Shown: positions 59,118 to 64,000 of the stretch, piece after piece
Layout of the letters: the number at the start of each line of letters is the position of its first letter
Numbering within the stretch: the first letter of the stretch is position 1
NCBI GenBank assembly: GCA_965222615.1
Contig: CBDCUI010000009.1
Coordinates: 320,001 to 384,000, forward strand
DNA from: Gammaproteobacteria bacterium
GTDB taxonomy: Bacteria > Pseudomonadota > Gammaproteobacteria > UBA4575
DNA length: 64,000 nucleotides
Reading direction: 5' to 3'
The notes under the pieces: generated by a model
Database searches by the model: none
What the model saw: only the letters and a program-made list of their open reading frames with translations
Told to the model about the DNA's origin: nothing
Program-made: the position numbers and the translations under genes

Positions 59118-60104
59118 TTAAAAAATTGCCATAGCCCCCCTCTTATACATAATCAGCATTAAAAAAACTAAAGTAAGAATCCAAATCAACACATAAATTG
59201 TCCTTCTGCGTTTGGCCTCCTTTTTTTTCCACCAAGTTCGAGGGCTGATGCCTTTGAAAAAAAATACAATATTACTGGCTAAATTTACGCAGGCAATATT
59301 GATTGCCAATAATAAGGCAGCACCGACAGCAAGATCATTGTTCCCATAACCCCACATAATCCCCAGTGCCGCGGCTGGTGGAAGTAACGCCACAGCAACC
59401 ATCACGCCAACTAACACACTAGACAGCCCCGTAGTTAAAGAAAGCGCTGCCGCTGCCCCGGAGGCTAATGCTAATGCAATGGCATCAGGCCCAACTTCGG
59501 TACGCGCCATCAGCTCCGCACTAAACTCATTCAAGGGCCAAAACATCCCAATCGCAACCGACATTGCGATAGCAATCACAAGCCCTACTGTAGTGGTAAT
59601 CACCGACTTAATCATCAGTGAAATATCCCCAAGAGCGGTACCCAACCCTAAGGCTAAATTAGGTCCAAGTAGTGGTGCAATTACCATCGCACCGATAATA
59701 ACTGCAACATTATTTTTGATAAGCCCAATGGCCGCGACTACAGTCGATAGAATAACTAAAAAAACATAGCTCCAATCTAAGTGTGAATTCTTTTCAACCG
59801 TTTCATAAAGAGTTTCTCGCGTTGCTGTCGCCAAATCTTCTTCTTTACGTTCACCATCAGATAATTTTGGTAAGGAGATCTCAACAGGAAGCACAACGAT
59901 TCTTGCAGAATCCTGAATATTTAAGATTTTCTGTAGTTTATCAAGCGTTTTTTGAATTTTGTCATCAGCAACCAATAGACGCATTCGTTGCATTCCATCT
60001 TCGCCTACCATACCAAGACGAAAATCGCGTGCCTCTAATTGCTCTGCGATTGCGGAAACGGTATCGATATGACCAGCATCCGCTACAACCTCAACATATT
60101 TCAT
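59118..60104 (-). CDS. TIGR00341/DUF389 family membrane protein
   Basis: VIIGAMVIAPLLGP, GVMVAVALLPP. Confidence 0.88.
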   Translation of the reverse strand: MKYVEVVADAGHIDTVSAIAEQLEARDFRLGMVGEDGMQRMRLLVADDKIQKTLDKLQKILNIQDSARIVVLPVEISLPKLSDGERKEEDLATATRETLYETVEKNSHLDWSYVFLVILSTVVAAIGLIKNNVAVIIGAMVIAPLLGPNLALGLGTALGDISLMIKSVITTTVGLVIAIAMSVAIGMFWPLNEFSAELMARTEVGPDAIALALASGAAAALSLTTGLSSVLVGVMVAVALLPPAAALGIMWGYGNNDLAVGAALLLAINIACVNLASNIVFFFKGISPRTWWKKKEAKRRRTIYVLIWILTLVFLMLIMYKRGAMAIF

Positions 60105-60312
60105 GTTAAATGCCTTTTATTAAACGAATTACGCAATTGATGTTTTATTTTTATACAAGAAAAAGTTCACCATATAAAACTATCGAGCTTATCTTTCGCT
60201 ATCTTGCATACTTTAATTCTTACCGATAACATCCCCAGCCACTACTGAGCTACTCAATAATCCTGCTTTAATAACTGCTTACGCGTCCGTCCCATGAGTT
60301 GTCAGACTCCGA

Positions 60313-60765
60313 TCATGGTTCGATATTGCAATCACCGATGCGGTGAGCTTGAATACGCTGTGTAAACGTCATATTTTTACCTCCTAACTTGACCGACAAT
60401 ACGCCATTAATACGATTATCCTCATTTTGTATGAGTGCGGCACCGGTAGTGCCACTACTGCTTGGACAAATTAGTAAATACAGAGTCGAATTGCTAACTG
60501 CTTCGCCACTGGTGAGATTACAACCGTCAAAGGAGGGATGATCGAGAATAGGAAAATAATCGGCAGTCGCTTGACTGGTGATACATCGGTGAATACGACT
60601 ATCCGTGTAGCGCAAGCTTTCACGTAAATGTGGCATGCTGGTCTGAGTTTCAATCTCGTAAACATCTGCAGAAGTTTGTAGAGATACCGAAAAGCATATG
60701 CTTATGGCTACAACGTGAGTGATTCGAGTAGCCAACAGTGATTCCAATGCTGATTTATTCATCAA
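60313..60765 (-). CDS. DUF3617-like exported protein
   Basis: Signal peptide; YEIET..SMP, RCIT, C-terminal RIGDC. Confidence 0.6.
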   Translation of the reverse strand: MMNKSALESLLATRITHVVAISICFSVSLQTSADVYEIETQTSMPHLRESLRYTDSRIHRCITSQATADYFPILDHPSFDGCNLTSGEAVSNSTLYLLICPSSSGTTGAALIQNEDNRINGVLSVKLGGKNMTFTQRIQAHRIGDCNIEP

Positions 60766-60826
60766 TTTTCACTACTCACCTTTCGCACTTTTTCACAGTC
60801 TGCTGCTTGTAGTAATACAATCTAAT

Positions 60827-61270
60827 TTATTGTCTATTTATTACGTAATTAAGTATCTCTACAACCTGATTGGGTGTTTGCGCCCAAGCCATCGCTGCAG
60901 CATCCACCTCTTTTAACGGATGAATAATATTTTCATCATGTAATGTGATATAAGGTTTACCAAGCGCAGCACAGCAACCGGCATCAAAGGCCGCATTCCA
61001 TTGCTTGTATTTATCTCCAAAACGCACTACAGCCAAATCACATCGTTCAATTAATGTTTTGGTGCGTATACCATTTACTTTTGAAGATTTATGATCACGC
61101 CAGAAGCCATTAGATTCTTCACCTAGTACATCTCCAGCAGCATCACTGGCAGCATGATCGGTTACAGCAGATGTGAATAAAATAGGCAATTGACTCGCTT
61201 CAGCACCTTGTTTGATTTGTTGACGCCAATCCGTATGAATCTCTCCAGATAAATATACATTCCAGTTCAT
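60827..61270 (-). CDS. YtoQ family protein
   Basis: VYLSGEIHTDWR, RFGDKYKQWNAAFDAG, HPLKEVD. Confidence 0.85.
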   Translation of the reverse strand: MNWNVYLSGEIHTDWRQQIKQGAEASQLPILFTSAVTDHAASDAAGDVLGEESNGFWRDHKSSKVNGIRTKTLIERCDLAVVRFGDKYKQWNAAFDAGCCAALGKPYITLHDENIIHPLKEVDAAAMAWAQTPNQVVEILNYVINRQ

Positions 61271-61327
61271 AATTTCCCTTAACTCAAATAGTTGTTATAG
61301 ACGATTAAAGCTCACAAACTTAAATAC

Positions 61328-61936
61328 TTATGCGATGTAAGCTTCTCCTTTTTCAAATTTATTACGTACCAATACGATTGATGGATATTTAGTTTTCAAC
61401 TGATAATGAGGGGCATCCGGAAAGGATTTCCAGTGTCCACCCCACTCCAGCTTATCCGTTAAACCATATTCAGCAGCAGTTATATAATTTTTCTTGCTCC
61501 TTGAATATCTCCCACTGGCTGTAAAAATGCCAATATCCCAAGCAATTCCAAAATTATGAGTACTTCTCCCACCTCTTGCTTTGGTTACAATTCTCCCAGG
61601 ATTTCCGTAACGCCCTTTTCTAAATAGTTTATTTTGTTCTTCATAAGTACGCGTACCTGAGATTATTTTTACATCGATGCCATTATCTAACAACCTCAAC
61701 ATAAAATATCTAGCTTCAGACTGCGCTTTTAATGCCAGAGTTTGAATGTTTCTTTCCGTTCTTTGATCAAATGTTCCAATTCTTTGCGCAATTTTTTCAG
61801 ATTGTTTAATAAATTTATTCGCAGCGGCTTCAGTAAATTTTCCCCATTGGCCATCAAGTCTCTTTTTATACAGTTCTTCAGTTTTCAATAAGCGTTGAAA
61901 AAAGAGAACATCTTCCCCAAATAGTTCGTAGCTCAT
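61328..61936 (-). CDS. M15 family metallopeptidase (L-Ala-D-Glu peptidase-like)
   Basis: RTYEEQNKLF, VTKARGGRSTHNFGIAWDI, WGGHWKSFPDAPHYQ. Confidence 0.85.
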   Translation of the reverse strand: MSYELFGEDVLFFQRLLKTEELYKKRLDGQWGKFTEAAANKFIKQSEKIAQRIGTFDQRTERNIQTLALKAQSEARYFMLRLLDNGIDVKIISGTRTYEEQNKLFRKGRYGNPGRIVTKARGGRSTHNFGIAWDIGIFTASGRYSRSKKNYITAAEYGLTDKLEWGGHWKSFPDAPHYQLKTKYPSIVLVRNKFEKGEAYIA

Positions 61937-62046
61937 AATTTACGTTTTTTTTAAGCTAAATAGTTTTATTGGTTGTATTCGTACTCAAACTCATAAAGAT
62001 GTTTACCATCTACAATATCAATAAGCATCTTTCCAGCTTGTATTTT

Positions 62047-62775
62047 TTATACCCCACGAGCCTGGTGAGGCGTTTTCATATACCATACAAGAGAAATTAT
62101 AAGTAATAACAAAAATAGATACATGGCTTTTCGCCAAACACTAGTATATTTTTTTAAGATATCAACTTCATTTACATAGATAGTTTCACAAGCCCCATTT
62201 CCTTGGTCATCACGTGTAATACTCGTTCCGCGTGTTCCTCCATTACCTAAGTTTTTATAGTTCGCCAACCACCCTTTAATTCTTATTTGGTCACCGATAT
62301 TAATGCCTCTAAGTTTTTTTTGTGCATGTTTGTAATCAGTCAACAAATGATTATTCGACAATTGGTTAATATTAAAGCTTTCCCAAGCTTGTTGATTCCT
62401 TGTACTGTAGTTACAAGTAAACTGACCGTTCCAAAAATCTATATCATTTAATTGATTATTGGTTGCATTTTCGCCCCATACCACGCAAAAGTCGGCTACA
62501 TTAATGTGGTCGCGCCAGAGTTTGTGTAAATTATAGTTGCCATCGTGATGTTCATATGACACTACCAATCCAAATAGCTCATAGTCATACAAGGGCTGAA
62601 TTTCATATTCAATATCATTGACTTTCTTTACAAATGCCGGTTTTTCAATCTTAGCCTGAGTAGGCTCTTGGTTCAATTGATCAACAATATTTAGATTTTC
62701 AGATAAATCATTTCTGTTCCAAAAACTTATAAGCAGCAGAAAAAAGCTTATAACAATAAGTATTTTTGGAAACAT
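62047..62775 (-). CDS. Hypothetical membrane-anchored protein
   Basis: N- and C-terminal TM segments; SNNHLL, TSITRDDQGNGACETIYV. Confidence 0.7.
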   Translation of the reverse strand: MFPKILIVISFFLLLISFWNRNDLSENLNIVDQLNQEPTQAKIEKPAFVKKVNDIEYEIQPLYDYELFGLVVSYEHHDGNYNLHKLWRDHINVADFCVVWGENATNNQLNDIDFWNGQFTCNYSTRNQQAWESFNINQLSNNHLLTDYKHAQKKLRGINIGDQIRIKGWLANYKNLGNGGTRGTSITRDDQGNGACETIYVNEVDILKKYTSVWRKAMYLFLLLLIISLVWYMKTPHQARGV

Positions 62776-62862
62776 TTTTTACTTTTAAATATGAGTCACA
62801 CAATTCAGCTAAATGTAGGATGATAAGATCAAACGTGATGAATTAATTATCAATTATTGGAA

Positions 62863-63870
62863 CTAACGGATATGTAAAATACTCTTGACTTGTTTACCAT
62901 TGGTTTGCTCCACTTTTCTCCATGAGCTTTCATCATTAAGTGATTGCCAACGTCGCTCCTCCTTTATGTAATTCCAATCTTTATCATTCTGATAAAATAC
63001 CTGTACCCCTTTTGCTTCAATGATGTTTAGTATTTCATTATCATGATAATTATATTCATCAAAGTCAGTTAATGCCTTTTGCGCCATTTCTGAATAGAGC
63101 TCACTAATGTCCAACAAATCATCATTAATGTTTCTGTCGAGAGTCTTTATGTTAAGCCCTATTTGACCAGCTTCTCTAGCGGTAATTGGGTAGCCATGTG
63201 AAGGATATTCAGAATTCAAGTGGGTACTAATTCTCAAACATTCTTCTTCATCATCAATGTGGTAAGAAAGTATCTCCTTACATATCTTGATTGATAATGA
63301 GCTAGAACGATCTATGGCACCAATCACAAGAGGATGAACATATTTAAAGATTTCTGTATAGGGATTGGAATGATGCTCTTTAGCATTAACATTCCATAAT
63401 TGTATAAGTCTAGATAGCTCATCTTGACTTACACTAACACGACGATTATCCCTCTCATCAATTGGAGAAAGATCATGTGTCAAGGATGAATCAATAGCAG
63501 TTAGATGGGCAAGTGGCCCCATATGAATTTCATTAGCGCCCAAGCAAATCATTGTTGCAGCAGAGGCACATTCAAGAGGAATATAAGCAACCAAGTCTTT
63601 ACATTTCTCACGAAGCAAATTGACAATACGCAAGGCAGCTTCAACATTACCCCCATTTGATTTAATAAATATACCAGCCTGATTTGAAACACCAATTTTT
63701 TCTAAAATGACATACAAGGCAATTACATCATTATCACAAACACTTCCTCGGTTAGAATTCCAATAACAAATAATATCCCTATTCGTAAATTCACTTAGCC
63801 TTTCAATGATTTGCTGGGTATCTGGAAATAATAGCGGGGGTTCTTTTACCTTGGCACTTTTTTTCTGCAT
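62863..63870 (-). CDS. ClpP-like serine protease (SDH family)
   Basis: SNGG, CASAATMICLGANEIHM, YPSHGYPIT. Confidence 0.75.
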   Translation of the reverse strand: MQKKSAKVKEPPLLFPDTQQIIERLSEFTNRDIICYWNSNRGSVCDNDVIALYVILEKIGVSNQAGIFIKSNGGNVEAALRIVNLLREKCKDLVAYIPLECASAATMICLGANEIHMGPLAHLTAIDSSLTHDLSPIDERDNRRVSVSQDELSRLIQLWNVNAKEHHSNPYTEIFKYVHPLVIGAIDRSSSLSIKICKEILSYHIDDEEECLRISTHLNSEYPSHGYPITAREAGQIGLNIKTLDRNINDDLLDISELYSEMAQKALTDFDEYNYHDNEILNIIEAKGVQVFYQNDKDWNYIKEERRWQSLNDESSWRKVEQTNGKQVKSILHIR

Positions 63871-64000
63871 TGTATAAATCTCTAAATGTAGTTATTGCTA
63901 AAGCTTTGAGTAAGTATTGCTATTAGCTATTCAAGTTCGAAACACAATATATTGCATAAATTTGAGCATGGACAGCTCGTTTATCCACTACAAATGCAGC

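Noticed and set aside
61328-63870. M15 peptidase and ClpP-like protease as prophage genes
   Set aside because: No holin, terminase, portal, capsid or integrase in the window

Overview
AT-rich gammaproteobacterial chromosomal window. It opens with the 5' end of purL and a complete tmRNA gene (ssrA, tag ANDDNYALAA) whose 3' end recurs twice downstream (2107, 4131). These repeats delimit two integrase-less islets, one holding a dead IS3-family element and one an orphan class V aminotransferase. A 66-nt hairpin element with compensatory substitutions occurs at two of the three ssrA-end copies. Next come a type IV minor pilin cassette (fimT-pilV-pilW-pilX-pilY1-pilE), an IS30 remnant, a lipoprotein/transglutaminase pair, a nitroreductase and a photolyase. 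The best candidate for an uncharacterised system is a three-gene exported operon (20237-25146): a CXXCH protein, a CXXCH + LamG lipoprotein and a Tat substrate. It is followed by an N2227/carnosine-methyltransferase-like protein with a PqqD/RRE-like tail. The rest is mostly envelope and metabolic genes (qmcA/NfeD, MlaC, HIT, PPK2, a repeat-rich peptidoglycan-binding protein, M48 protease, ackA/pta, cfa, Lpp-like lipoprotein + L,D-transpeptidase, OmpA, bioA, beta-oxidation genes, an ATP-grasp/7TM-transglutaminase operon), with a small MITE family and a frameshifted 4-oxalocrotonate tautomerase gene. All family calls come from motif recognition by eye, with no database searches.
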